A DNA stretch of 64,000 nt from Hydrolagus affinis (taxonomy: Eukaryota). Shown here in pieces: positions 1-12,890 of the stretch (positions are counted from its first letter, which is position 1; every line of letters begins with the position of its first letter). The notes beneath the pieces were generated by a model that was not told the DNA's origin, made no database searches, and saw nothing but the letters and a program-made list of their open reading frames with translations. A program made the position numbers and the translations under genes. The stretch spans positions 1 to 64,000 of the forward strand of contig JAAILG010000133.1 in NCBI GenBank assembly GCA_012026655.1. Direction: 5' to 3'.

Positions 1-225
1 ATGTGAAAGGTGCTCTATAAATATAATTTTGTTGTTGATTTTATTGTTGTACATCCTGTGAAGCGCTTTGGGACATCCACCCGATGTGAAAGTTACTATA
101 TCAAATGCAAGAATAAATTATTAATTATTATATCGATGACTAGATTGAATTAATGTTTCTGCCAATCACTTGGGATGTCCTCCCGAAGTGAAAGGCACTC
201 TAGAAATGTAATTTTGTTGTTGTTG
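1..225 (+). mobile_element. Three tandem L2/SINE 3'-tail remnants
   Basis: The tail motif (GAAGCGCTTTGGGACRTCC..CCGAYGTGAAAGG..CTATA.AAATG) occurs at ~1-48, ~58-130 and ~168-225. Two copies end in (TTG)n and the middle one in (TTA)n. Confidence 0.8.
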
Positions 226-249
226 AGTATTGCCAACCTATCTAACATA

Positions 250-352
250 GCAGAGGTATCACAGTCCTATCAGATCCTATACTCACCTGGTATCCATACA
301 CACAAACACATTCCACGATCAGGAATGGGCACTGATCTTGATCCTCTCTAGC
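250..352 (-). mobile_element. Degenerate LF-SINE-like fragment
   Basis: The reverse strand reads CCTGATCGTGGAATGTGTTTGTGTGTATGGATACCAGGTGAGTATAGGATC..GACTGTGATACC. It resembles, from recall only, the 3' body of shark LF-SINE-related repeats. Confidence 0.35.
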
Positions 353-1413
353 CCAGCAGCACTTTGCTGTGCTTAATATACAAGTACTGCATCGATCATT
401 TACACATTAAGTCATTAGGATGTTAATACACATGGTTTTCTGCATAAGTTAAATATGAGAATAGAAGAGGTAAGAGTGGTAATATGAAGAACGGTGTTTA
501 TCTCTACAGATGGTCCAATGACTGCCAATGTGATTTATCTCACCCATGAGGTGCCTGTTTGCGCAACATTGGCCGTGTGTTGACAGTATGTTTTTTGTCA
601 CGAATACAGTTGTAATTTACAACAAAGCATTGCTTGCTTTAAACCAGTGACAAGATTTGTAACATTGTGATGATTATTTAGGAAGTATTAATAGGAACAG
701 AAGCTTGTGGGTAACAATTGATGTCCACAGCCCTGTTGCTGATTCAGAATTGCTGATTTGACAAGATTCCTGGTAGTCTAGTGAGTGGCTTATGGTTTAG
801 CTCCACTACATGCCTCAATGTTTGCCTGTTGGCGTTAGCAGGCAGCTATGGGGACAGCTGCCTACATCTGCTCCTTGATAATGTAATGCCTCTGGCTGAC
901 CCTTCCAGCTATCAAGTTCAGTCATGTTTCCATGGAGTCTGGGAAAGGCTAGCGGGTCAGCCTATGGGATCAACTTTGATCACTTTTAGTTTATCACAGT
1001 GGAACCCAAGAGAAACCTTTGTTACCCCAAAGATCAAAAGGAATTTTACAGCCTTGCAAATTGTCCACTCTAACCAAGCTGTTCCTCTTCTAAGTGGAGA
1101 ATTCTTTGTACTCAGTTCATAAATAAACCACCAACTTTATAATGCTTTCATTCAGGTGAAGAGGTTGCTGAGTTTGCAAAGCCTCTCAGAGAACATGGCT
1201 CCTATAACAATGAGGTAATCTCAAAGTACATTTCACAAACTTCCTGTAAAATGTAGTGACTCTTTTGTTTGTAGGTGAGCTATTTCCATGTTATGATTTG
1301 TAATAAACTTAGAACTACAGAAGGAAGCATTTTTCCTCTCGTTGTCTCTGAAAAAGCTGTATAATCTCATTGTTCTGCCCTATTTCGCCTCACCCTTCAC
1401 AGTCCTTGTATTC

Positions 1414-1462
1414 GGTATAGCGCTTTATCACGTTGGAAGGATGTCTACAAAGTGCTTCACAG
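1414..1462 (-). mobile_element. L2/SINE tail remnant
   Basis: TATAGCGCTTTATCACGT..GATGTCT.CAAAGTGCTTCACAG is the reverse complement of the shared tail. Confidence 0.7.
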
Positions 1463-1555
1463 GAATTACTGTGAAATGAAGCGACTGTAGGCAAAGAGGT
1501 TTCTACTTTTCTTGGCTAAGCCAAAACCACAAGATGTGCTACTTACTTTCAAATA

Positions 1556-1748
1556 CAAATTCCCAGCAGGTCAGGACAAAACCTTGGGCAAGTTTCCTTG
1601 CTGCACACATCAGATAATAATCTCTAAAAAAAATTAATTGGTCATTTCAATCCAGGACTGTTTGTGGGACACTGCTATGCACAATTGGCTGCCATGTTTG
1701 AGACATCTAGAAGACGTGATATATCAAATGCAAGCATTATTATTATTA
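1556..1748 (+). mobile_element. tRNA-derived SINE, 5'-truncated with internal deletion
   Basis: AAACCTTGGGCAAGTTTCCTT, TTGGTCATTTCAATCCA, TTTGTGGGACACTGCT and ATATCAAATGCAAG(ATT)n all match the copy at 45121-45458. Confidence 0.9.
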
Positions 1749-2584
1749 CTACAGTACTACCGCCATCAAGCCACAACAGCTAAGTACTGCCCTTTCCCCA
1801 GGTGCTTTTGACTGCACACTTACACTACCAGAGGTGTGCATGGCCTTTATGAGAGGGTTTACAATAAAGAATCTTGCCCCCCCCCTCTCCTTCACACAGC
1901 TAAGTTGTAGGATTTTCTCCTGTCTCTTCTGTACGGCTCCCATCATTGCTCATTGAAAGATCTGTTGCCATCCCACCAGTAGCTGTCATTACACAGGAGG
2001 AACAAGTAGCTATAATGGCTTTCTTACACTGTGATCAGCCTCCCCCAGAGAAGACGAGACAATGGAGCCACATTCTCTTTCTCCAGATGAGCACTCAGTA
2101 ACTATAGTTATTGTGTGCCTCATTATGATTATTTTGCTTTTGTAGCTGGAATTGGGGGTTAGTCAATTGAGCAACTCACCAAGACTTGTGACCAGAGTCT
2201 CTGTCACCTCCAAATGAGAGGGTTAGCAACAGACAGATGCTCCAAGAGCACACTACAATCTTGTACTGATCAGGGAGTGAGATGGTGATGAGCTCTGTGA
2301 TCTGAAACTTGCTGGTTGTCAATCTGAATGATTTGTACCTGGGTTTGCTCGAGTGAATGGTGCACAGGCCACCAAATGCCACCCACACAATCACAGACTT
2401 GAATTATGTGCTGCATCTCAGATTAGGAGCATTGAGGAAGATGTGGGTTCTGTCAAAAGAACTCAAAAGATAGATAAAAGCAGCAAAGAAATTGGATTCA
2501 GTTCTTAGTTGCAGCTTGTTTGAAGATTGAGGACACATGAAGAAGGAAGTTCCTTTAGGTCAAGGCCGTTTTTGTTATGAGTAT

Positions 2585-2775
2585 AGGCTGGGAAAATCAG
2601 GGCTGTTTTAGCTTGAAAATAATAATTCTTGCATTTGATATATATATTTGAAAATAGAAGGTTAAGAGGTTAATAAAAGTTTTCAAAATTCTAAGAGATT
2701 TTGCAAAGATAAATAATGAAATATTGTACTCTCAGTGGTAGTTAAATTGGTAACAAGGGTCATAAAATTAAAATT
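2585..2775 (+). mobile_element. CR1 LINE ORF2 C-terminal remnant with nested 26-bp SINE tail
   Basis: It encodes frameshifted LF-SL..RRLRG..IKVFKILRDF and TRGHKIK motifs typical of the CR1 ORF2 end. The insert at 2622-2647 is flanked by a 9-bp duplication, TTGAAAATA. Confidence 0.75.
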
Positions 2776-5700
2776 ATAATTCAAATTAAATGTCTCTAAT
2801 ATATTTGAGTGGAAATGATCCCAACCCCAATCTGAGTTAATGGGGAAGAATTTTCTTCTGTAATATTCAGTCAGGATGTCAGGCTGAACTTTCAGTGACA
2901 GCTGGTTTTACAGTATATATCCTGCAGTGCCTGTTAGCACAACAGATGTACGGCGTAAATGATGGTGATGGAGATTGAATAGTAGCACCTGTTTCAGGAA
3001 ATACTCAGCAGGGACCGGAGAGAGAAAGAGAAAAACCTCCCAAGATCGATCTTTACTTAAAGCATAAATATTCTCAGCACTCTGGCAGCAATGACGGAAG
3101 ATGTGCTGGTCAGGAACCTCATTGGCTTACTTCATCCCAGTATTAAATTGTTGCTCTTTGGGGCTGAGGACCCAGCCCTGCTCATAAAACCATTGAGGAA
3201 GAATACTAATTGTGCATGATTTAGGTGGGGCATAAATACACTTTATTACTGTACTTACCACTACGCTAATGAAGCAGCGTCAGGGTAAGTGCACATCATT
3301 CCATGTGCTTAGGAATATACAAAAAAGTCGAGCAGGGTATATATATGATCCTAAGCATCATGACCTGCTCTTAAATCTTGAATGAAGGACATCATTGGGA
3401 AAGGACAAGTTGGGATAAAAATGCCTCCTGGTTTATTCTATTTTTTAGTGTCCAGAATTTTGATGAATGTGTACAGACCAGTCTTATTTTTTAAGCTGTA
3501 TTTGTTTTCTATGATAGCTCCTGAAAAATGCTTTCGAAACGAAGATACAAGAATTTTCCAAATTCTGCAACGCTGTGAATATACCTGAGACCGGAAGGAA
3601 CTTCTCCCATCAATCGTGGTATTGTCATGAAGTTGGTGGTTAACTCATCAATGGAATTTGAGGTTTAATGGCAAACCCAACCTACAGTTCATTCACGTGG
3701 GACCATGAGATCCACACGGCTTAATAAACATGAACTTTGAGCTCCGCAATGTTTAGTTTCCTAATCACAATACAATCGAGCAGCTGGCTTGTGTCAACGC
3801 TGAATACACAGATGTTGAGGTGTTACCCAGGGCTCACAGCTGCAGTGATGACACTATAATGCACAATAATGTTTCTCTACCTTGGCTGAACCTATGAGGA
3901 AATGCATGAGAGAAGTGGTTCACAAACATACAGTTACAACACTTGGCAACAATTTCCTGTGAAGTCCTTTGAGACATTTTGGCATTATAGGCTATGTTGA
4001 GTTCCAATGCCCTGACTTGCAGTTCTTTGAGGTCTGGGGCATTCCACACTCTGTTTTTATGGGCTATATTCACAATTAAGGGACATACCATGTATATTTA
4101 GGGACACAATGTTCTGTTGCTGTCTATTCATTCTTATTGTGACCTATTCTTCATTCAGATAACTGTTTCATCATTTATTCCTCAGCATGATAAGCTATCG
4201 CTATAACGTTGTTTGGTTTCAGGTTCAGCTCCCTTCCTGTGTATGTGCCCTCTACAATCCTACAGTCATTGAGATCAGGGCTTAACTTTGATTCATTTTT
4301 TCACGTTGCTGAGTTTTATCCGTACATTTTCCCAGATTCTCCAGGCCTCTGAGCAACTACTATCACCATCACGTATGGGGGGCAATTTTGCTGAATCACT
4401 TAAGAGATATCTTAATCGAGGAAACCGCGGTGGAGATTACTCCATAAATAATTTAATAATTCCACAATATGTGCGACAAAAATTGTAACGTAAAATTGAA
4501 ATATCACTTTTTTTCAGTTTGAATAAGCTCTGGCTGAAGCAAAAGGCAGCGAGCTCTGGTATTGTTTAAGCCAGACAAAGTGCCCTCCTTGAGTGGTTCA
4601 GCAGGGCTTTTAAATTACATGAAACACTTGACAGAAAAGTAAAATTCTCCTTGTGGTGTGGAGAGTCCTAGCAATTAACTTTTTTCCCATAGGGACGACA
4701 GCGAGGGATCGCAGTGGTGCCTGATCCGTTTATCACACAGATATATGTACAGAAGCTTAACAGAGATTTGAATAATTCAGGACATGAGGGCTGCCAAAGC
4801 TGCATAATGAGCCCGCAGTGCTCTGAATGGCATTTTGATGGAGTGCGCAGTCGGACTGATCACGTGATCACCTGCATAATTAAAGGGATAGCGAGAGATT
4901 TTCGGAAACTACATTCTAATGAAGTTACTTGACCAGATGGGTTGACGTTAAAACCCCAAATTTACCAACAAAAAAGAACAGTTTAAATATAGGCTTGTGG
5001 TAATATGCCGCTACACTCAGTGACAAGAGAGTATTAAGTAGATCAACTCTTCTGACCTTGATCTCGATTAAAGGATTCTCCCAGGATTCGGTAATTTCGC
5101 ATTCTAGTTAATAGTCTTAGTCTCATTTCAGCGGATCCTGTGGAAACAGCAAAGGATGGAGAATGGACAGCAAATGAGGATGATTGCCAGTCTAGTAACT
5201 GTTTAACCACGCCATGCTCTACTACAACCCATCAATGGAAGTGTCAGGGGAGTGGGAATAATCACGGTCTATTGGACAAACACACTGATTTAGCGAAGGA
5301 GTTTCCTTTACAAGCATATTTCTGACCACAACATGATCTGTGCATACCTCAGACATGGGTCTGTATTCCTAAAGGATAGCAGAAAATCTTGCCATCTGTT
5401 AACTCCCCTTTAGCAATGCCGCCATGTACTTCTGCGGATTTTCTAAAATCAGATAAAAAATAATACTCATCTTTGTGTTCAAAATAGAGCTTCATCAACT
5501 CAAAACATCTCAAGCGCTTCTCTGAACTGTGATAACTGTAAGGTGTAGGGGCCATGTATTTGTAGTAAAATCCAGCACCTAATTTGTCTACCGCATAGAC
5601 AACCTGGAGGTGAATGACTAATTTTGTAAAACTATGGAAATTTACAGCAGAGAAGAACCTCATTAGGCTCATCATGTATGTGCCAGCTTCCTCAGATTTT

Positions 5701-6162
5701 TAACTTGTCTTATTTTAAACTGGTGCTGCGTTCCTCATCACATTTTTTTTTAATAATACTGAAAATCCCTATGAATCTATCTGGAGTAAGATTAATAAAT
5801 TCTGAAATGAAAGTGAATGGCACCAGCAATTAATTGAAATTCTATTGATGTAAAAGTACAACTACAAGCGCTGTTTGAAAAGAAATTGAACATTTTCATC
5901 ACTGGTTAAACAAATGAAATGCTCATCAAAGAGACATTAGTGCTTGGTGCTATTGAGTTTGGATATGCAATTTGTAGACTTTGGGGTATGTTGAGGGATT
6001 GATTTACGCTCTGTGGAACAGTTTGATAACAGTTTTTTATAATTCTTAGTTATGATTAATGTGCACCGAGTCACAGTGAATACGTTCCACATTGATCAGA
6101 CTGCTCCACATAGGAGAGTCATAGATTTTTAAATCACAGAAGGCTGCCATTTAGTCCACTGC

Positions 6163-6376
6163 GCCTGGATTCAAATCTAGACAGGGCAAAATCATGGGCA
6201 AGTTTCCTTATTCCACACGCCTAATAATAATCCCTCCCCAAAATATTGGTCATTTCAAACCACGAATATTTCAATACACAAATATACAGTCAGTTCACTT
6301 TACAGTATATTCTGTGAAGCACTTTGAGACTTCTAAAAGACATGAAAAGCGCTATATACAAGGATTATTATTATTT
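6163..6376 (+). mobile_element. tRNA-derived SINE, 5'-truncated
   Basis: A B-box remnant (GGATTCAAATC) is followed by GGGCAAGTTTCCTTATTCCACACGCCTAATAATAATC and the full 3' segment with an (ATT)n end. Confidence 0.9.
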
Positions 6377-7257
6377 ATATACGATTTAAAGTCTCATTCA
6401 GCCTCATTTGGTTGCACTCTCACTTCTGGGTCAGATGATAGTGGGTTTAGCCTCACATTGAGGCTATAGAAGGCAATGAAAGGCACTATATAAATTGAAA
6501 TTGCATTGGATGATTTGTTTTAAGTTGCTATAAGAATTCACCATATAAAGTGTATAAAACACATCAGCCGAACACAATGATTCATTCCTACAGTGTGTGG
6601 TAGTATAGCTTGTAAAATGCGCTGCAAGACACTTCAACTACAACACTGCCCATTTGAGGACTTGATCCTGTAGAGTTTTAGTGGGGTGCACTGAACTGAC
6701 AGATGAGTGAGCACTTCCCAGAGAAACACAAACAGAAAATATTACCCTTCTCTTGAAAACTCAATTCTAGATCTACTGGGAGCTTGTATTGTTTCAAGTG
6801 TGAAGGCATCTGCAAGAGGCAGACGGGAACTCAGATAAATGGGACGCTTTATTCATGCTGGTCGGATTTTACTTTCTTCTGTATTTTGGGAAACAGGTTA
6901 TTCCACTGTGTGCATGGATGGCTTCCAAGATGCATAAAAGCTCCATTCTGCTGCAAGGCTGCTGCTCGTTTAAAAATACATTTGGGCTTTGAAACTGCCT
7001 GACAAGGGGAATGCAGAGTAATTGTTTGAGTAGCAGCCAATTGCTCGGTGGCTTTCAGGACACAGCTTTTGAAAGTGCAAATTGTGGGGATTCCTATCCC
7101 ACACAACATGGTTGGCTCATAACATCCAGTGAAATAATCTAACAAGTCCCCCAATCACATTAACCAGTGAAAGGCAATAAATGTCAACATTGGTGGCAGC
7201 CCCAATATTCCAAGATGTATTTAAAAAATCAATAGCTGCTGCCTGTCTTCACATTGA

Positions 7258-7582
7258 GCCATTCTTAAATGAATCCAGCGTCTGTGCCTCAATCCCCCTC
7301 CCGGGAACACTGTTCCAGTCCTTAATTCTATTCTAAATAAGGAAATACTTCCTGGTATCTGCTGAAATTACCCTTCACATCCCTGAATGTGTTCCCACTT
7401 GTTCTGGTGGCTTGGAAAGTATTGTTTGGGATTTACCTTCTGAATCCCACTTAGCGTTTTATATGCTTCTATGAGGTCCCCTCTGAGACATCTCTTTTGG
7501 AGAATGAAGAGCCCTAGTTTATCCAGTCATTTCTTACAGCTCATCCCTATAATACTGAGGATCACCCTCATTGCTCTCTCCT
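7258..7582 (-). mobile_element. CR1 LINE 3' ORF2 fragment
   Basis: The minus strand encodes LDKLGLFILQKRCLRGDL (consensus LFSLEKRRLRGDL), then RKYF and WNSVP-like motifs. Confidence 0.85.
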
Positions 7583-8288
7583 ATATGTTGTTGAAAAGCT
7601 TCAGTTCAGAAGATGCCTCTTTAAAGAAGGATGCATTGCATCCCCATGAAAATAAAGGGATTAATCAGACAAAATATACTTTGATTATAGTAGAACCCAG
7701 CTGTGATTTAGGAAAGAAAGGCTTTAACATTTCAGTGTAAGATCCAAGCTACCAAACTCGTAGACTAAACTCTAAACAATTGGCATTATAACATCAGTAT
7801 TGATTGTGTTTTTAGAAGCATATGAGATTGGTGAAAAGGCTTAACAGCATCTTGCTTTGTGCTCCTCTGAATTACTGTAATTATTTAGTTTTAATGTTTC
7901 CCACCAAAGGGATGTTTTGAAGGCTTGGAGTAAAGTAGTGGGTCAGCCCTTCACCTCTGGGATGTGAGGTGGTATCAGATCCAGACCGATGGAAGGAAGT
8001 TCCTCTGATTTTCCAGACAAGGCCATAGCTTTACAGTTTAAGTACCTGTAATTTAGCAATGTGGAACAGGAGCCAGAATTACACACCCCTTCCACATTGT
8101 ACCTCATCAGGCTCTTTTTAAAAAAAACTAACATCCAAATACTCCAATTGTCCTGCATATCTCAATCAAGAACATAGGATTCAATTACCTTTACTTTAGA
8201 GTTTGATACCGTTAATTAAATAGTGTAATCAACAGACTGGCCAGTGCAGCATCTATTTGAGCCTTGATTTTATATTCAAATAAAATGG

Positions 8289-8328
8289 AGGCCTGAAATG
8301 TCACCCAGTCTTAGCCTGAGAAACCATT
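8289..8328 (+). mobile_element. Terminus of old palindromic MITE family
   Basis: AGGCCTGAAATGTCACCCAGTCTTAGCCTGAGAAACCATT is similar to 35504-35543. Confidence 0.6.
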
Positions 8329-9120
8329 TTATCTTAAAGCGGAGGAAAATTCTTAAATCCAGTCATTACTTAAACAGTTAGAACAATAATTTCTCCTGGC
8401 AATTGGTGCTGTGTCATTTTCCATGTATCATTCTCCACCATGACCTTACATATCCATCCTTCACAAGTTCTGATTTCTCAGTAATGATTGCTGCAATTAT
8501 TCTCTGGGTCCATCTTATAGTAACCGTGGATAGATTGCTGTAAACAGCAAATGATTGAAAGCTTGATAAAGGTTTTTCAGTTATCTGGATATATTACAGC
8601 ATCTGCCAGTTATCTCACATCTCCAGACTCCTACTGATGTGTGTATTGTTGAGTGATCAATAGCCAGCAGAAGCTATCTGTTTACACACTGGGCTGGATT
8701 GTCAGCAGCGTTAAGAACTAGGTGAGAATTTGTATGAAGAAGAAAGATTTTCTTTAACTGTGATAGTATAGTTTCCAGTGTTTTAGTGATAGATTAATAT
8801 CAGAGATGGATTAAGTGTAGCATTTAATCCAATTGCCAACAGATGCAAATGTAATATAAGTGTATGTGGAGGACATCTACAGAGTGGTAATCCTCGAGAG
8901 GTTGACGGTGCTCACCCACTGACGATGTAGCCAAGGCAACAGCCCAAGAGGGCACAGGTTCAGGGGTGTAAAGGGCATGGGATGGGTGGTTGAGGCCAGG
9001 ACTTTTGTAATCATGCTCCAATGGGAAAGTTAAAGGTTGGGTCTCTATAAGCATGAGACAAATGGGCTGAAGGGCTTTATTGATTTGTCCCTCTCTTCTT
9101 TCAGAAAGATTCATGTAGAC

Positions 9121-9429
9121 TAATAATAATAATACTTGCATTTGATATAGCGCTTTTCACATCTTATCGATGTCTCAAATTGCTTCACAGAATATGTTGT
9201 AAAGTGAATTGGTTGTATGTTTGTGGGCGAAATGCGGCAGCCAATTGCATACATCAGTATCCCACAAACAGTTGTGGATTGAAATAACCAATACTATTGT
9301 GGGGTTTTTTTGGACAGATTATTATTAGGCGTGTGGAGTAAGGAAACTCGCCCTGATCTGCCTGGTTTCAAACATAGGTCTCACGCTTGTAAGGCCAGTG
9401 CTCTAACCACTGAGCTATTGGAGCTCCAC
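9121..9429 (-). mobile_element. Near full-length tRNA-derived SINE
   Basis: The minus strand starts GTGGAGCTCCAATAGCTCAGTGGTTAGAGCACTGGCCTTACAAGCG (A box present, B box decayed). Body and (TTA)n tail match the 45121 copy. Confidence 0.95.
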
Positions 9430-10460
9430 GGACACTGTTCTTGTTGGAACAGCAAGGCGGCCGGAAAGATCAAGAAGGTTTCAGAGGCCAGGCAAATCCC
9501 GACGTGTCTATGCTGAAAACTAGTGTCAGTCTATTATCACACGATAGGTGACCAAGCCTACAACCACTGTGCCCTAATGCTCTGGAACGCTCAATCCCCA
9601 AATCTTCCTCCTTTGTCTCTGCAACCAAAAATTCCTTTAAAAACATCTCTTGGGGACATGGCAAAGACCTTAGACAATGTATGTTGTGTTGGGCCTTTTC
9701 ATTGTAAATGCCAAGATGAGTTGCACCGAGTACTTTGAGAGTAGCAGAATGCCGCTCGACATTCACACACAAATATTCAAATTACAAATGCATATTCATT
9801 GTACGCCCCTGTTATCACAAACCTTCTGTGCCTGTGGAAGTTAATGCATGCAGAATGCTTGTGAAAGATAACACAGAGAATTAGTCTGTGGTGACAAGAG
9901 GGTGAAAGCTCTCACAAGAATGGTGAAATAATAACAGAACAGCAACCTTTCGCTTTCTTCTCCCTTCTGCAAACTGTCATTTGTAATACAAAATAGACAT
10001 ATGCCATGCTAATCTCCGAAGGATAATGAAGCAGAGCAGCTCATTTTCCCACTGAGCAATCAATTGCCTGTAGCTGGCAGAGGCTATGAGCTGCAGAAGG
10101 GATTCCTGACCTGTACTGAATGATTGTTATCAGAGAAAGGGCACTTAGGCCATTCATTAGTGAGTCGCCCAAGGTAATTCTGTCTGGACTCTTCATTACA
10201 TATTCCTCTATCTGTAAGTGCATCTGTGTGCACATTCAGGGTAACTGTTATATCTCAACTTACACAGTTGGAACTGGTTAACCAGAAACCCTGTGTGAAG
10301 TCCATGCCTTGATTCAGTAGTGATTTGCCGCTGATCCCGTTGAAGATTGAGTTGCATTTCCAGCTTCACACTACTTTGTATCCTTGTGCAAATTCTTTCC
10401 AGTTTAGTCCATCAGAAGATTTTATTTACTGACTTCTAAATTGAGACTGGATTGAACGCA

Positions 10461-10500
10461 AATTGTCCCACAGGCTGAGATCAGGTGGAATTTCAGGCCT
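10461..10500 (-). mobile_element. Terminus of old palindromic MITE family
   Basis: Reverse complement AGGCCTGAAATTCCACCTGATCTCAGCCTGTGGGACAATT is nearly identical to 35504-35543. Confidence 0.7.
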
Positions 10501-11908
10501 CAGGCTGGATACGCACAGGCATTTCTCACTTGTTAAGCGTGTTTTTGCTCGCAGTGTTTATTTGCAGACTGTCGTTTGCTGTGTAGGAAAGTGGAGTTCC
10601 TGATCCCGCAGTGTGGTGCTGGCATGGGAGGAAGGGCAGTGACTTCTCAGGGAAAAGGGAGTGCAAGTAGTCAGAAGCGTTGATTTGGAGGAAAGTGAAA
10701 TGTTGAAGTAAACACTGTTATAAAAGCTAAGCAAAGTGAGCAGTCATTTATCAGCTGGAGACTGAATGCACATGTTAGCTGGATCTTTGTTTAATTAACT
10801 ATACATGCCAATTTCAATCTGTTTTACAGTCTTTAGATTTACGTCATGTTTGTCAGCCATTTAGAATTGATTCCCGAATGTTCCTTTCTGCCATGCCAGC
10901 AGAAGATGTTTTGGTGGGGAGGGACAGTTGGGAACCAATACTAATGCCTGGTTTGAGCACAGGTTTAGTGAGTCTGAAGGATAGACAATTGAGAAGAACA
11001 TTGAGCGCAAAATAGGGTAATGAGATAAAAACTAAATAGTGCTGATATAATGATTCAAAACAATGTGGTGACTTTTCTCAATGAAAAGCAAGTTTAGATC
11101 AATGGCTGAATAAAATTGAGTTTTGATGAATCTCTGCAGCTGTTTCTCTATTCAACCTGGTATTCATTTTCCTAAAAGTTTCTCAACCAGAGAGTGAGAG
11201 AAAGCATTAAATAGACTGTTTCCTCTCACTAACACCAGTTAGCCTCCAGAAAATGAACAGTGAAGGTGCCTTTCATGTCAGGTGGATGATTATACAGGAT
11301 ATCAACCTTTTAATTAATTTCCCTTCTCCATTAATTCTACTTACAAGGGTGAAATAACTGTCTTTTAACTACTAATTGGATCAAGGCAATTTGATGCTCA
11401 GCCAGCGTTCCTGGGATGTCACACAGTGTTCACAACGCGGATGACATAATTACCAGATTAATTTTCATAAACACTTCAGAGCTGAAACATAAACATTCTT
11501 GGCCGGGAGTTGTGATAGATTTATGGAGTCCTCAAACAGATTTGCTCAGCTTTCCCCTGACCACTTTAAGGTAATAATGATATAACGTGCTATTTAACTT
11601 ACTATGTGTAAAGGAAGACAGCAGTTTCAGGGCTTATTAAGATGGTAGATGGTTGTAAGGATAGACATACGTTTAGCACTTAAATTCCTTTGGCAGTGAG
11701 TAAGATTCCATGGTTACATGGATATCATTCTTCAGCATGTCTCAATGAACCAAATACCACCTTTTGCCATTTGGGATTTAGGAATGGAATCATTGTGGCA
11801 AAATTACCTGATTGACAACATCCAGTGTTTAAAAAAGAGCTTCGCAATACATCTTGGCTGGGCTCTGAATAATAAAAGTAAAATAAATAGAAAGTTCCAC
11901 ATACATCA

Positions 11909-11948
11909 TACATCAATCTAGCTCTACATACATCAATCTAGCTCTACA
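11909..11948. repeat. 20-bp tandem duplication
   Basis: TACATCAATCTAGCTCTACA occurs twice. Confidence 0.9.
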
Positions 11949-12716
11949 ATTCCCTTTTGAATTTGCTCATTTTAATCAGCCTTCACTGCCTCCCTTTGGA
12001 GTCTATTCCCAGCACTAACTTTCCTCCTGAATTGGAGTCTGTGTGTTCTCTTATTTTAGGTTTTTATTTCCATGTTCAACACTAGCGTTCAGTTTACACA
12101 TCCCGATTAGGATCCTGAATATTTCAAATAAGGTCTCTCCCGAGCCTATTTTTAGTGTGTACCTCAGGACATTTTGGTGGGGACTTGTGTTTGAATACTG
12201 TGAGTAAAAAAACATTTAATTCTCTGACATTCAGGGGATGGTAATTGGACATTTACTTTAAACTAACAGAGGAACAATGTCATTTGTATGCTTATCACTG
12301 ATCATTTCCATAATTTGTTATTGAATAAAGTGGAATTACTTTCTGCTTTCCTGTTAGCTTTGTATTTGGGCTGATGGCGAATGTTTGAAAAGAAAACCTT
12401 GTGAATATTTTATGGGAAATATGGAGAAGAAAGATCATTACCGTGGCTGGCGGAAAATGTAAAGGAAACAAAACCGGCTTGTAATGCCAATATTTGGTGT
12501 GTGTACAGTGAAATCTGATGATTAAATCCAAATCCAAGGCTATTTGCTTATCAGAATGACTTTGTTACATTAAAAAATTGACTTCTGTTCATTTGTATTC
12601 ATATCAATGTGAGACGCTCTTAAATCATTCATTTAAACTCTTCACCATGGAGAAAAGGCTCATTCATATTGCCAATACCAATAGAGATCTCTCAACACAC
12701 TTTAAATAATAACTAA

Positions 12717-12890
12717 AATAATCCTTGCACTTGATACAGCATCTAGAACCGCATCATGGGATCTCAATGCCATTCACAGGGAACTGTTGCCAAGTGCAGT
12801 GACTGTTTATTTATAGACAGATAGGGCAGCCAATTTCACATAACAATGTCTCACAAACAATATGAAGCAATGTGAAGCGAATGACCAATT
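12717..12890 (-). mobile_element. Degenerate SINE 3' half
   Basis: Contains AATAATCCTTGCACTTGATACAGC, GGCAGCCAATTT, CACAAACA and ATGACCAATT in SINE order. Confidence 0.7.

Noticed and set aside
279-367. Perfect minus-strand splice donor CAG|GTGAGTAT with a possible small exon
   Set aside because: It lies within an LF-SINE-like remnant. Two frames have stops and the third is unrecognisable.
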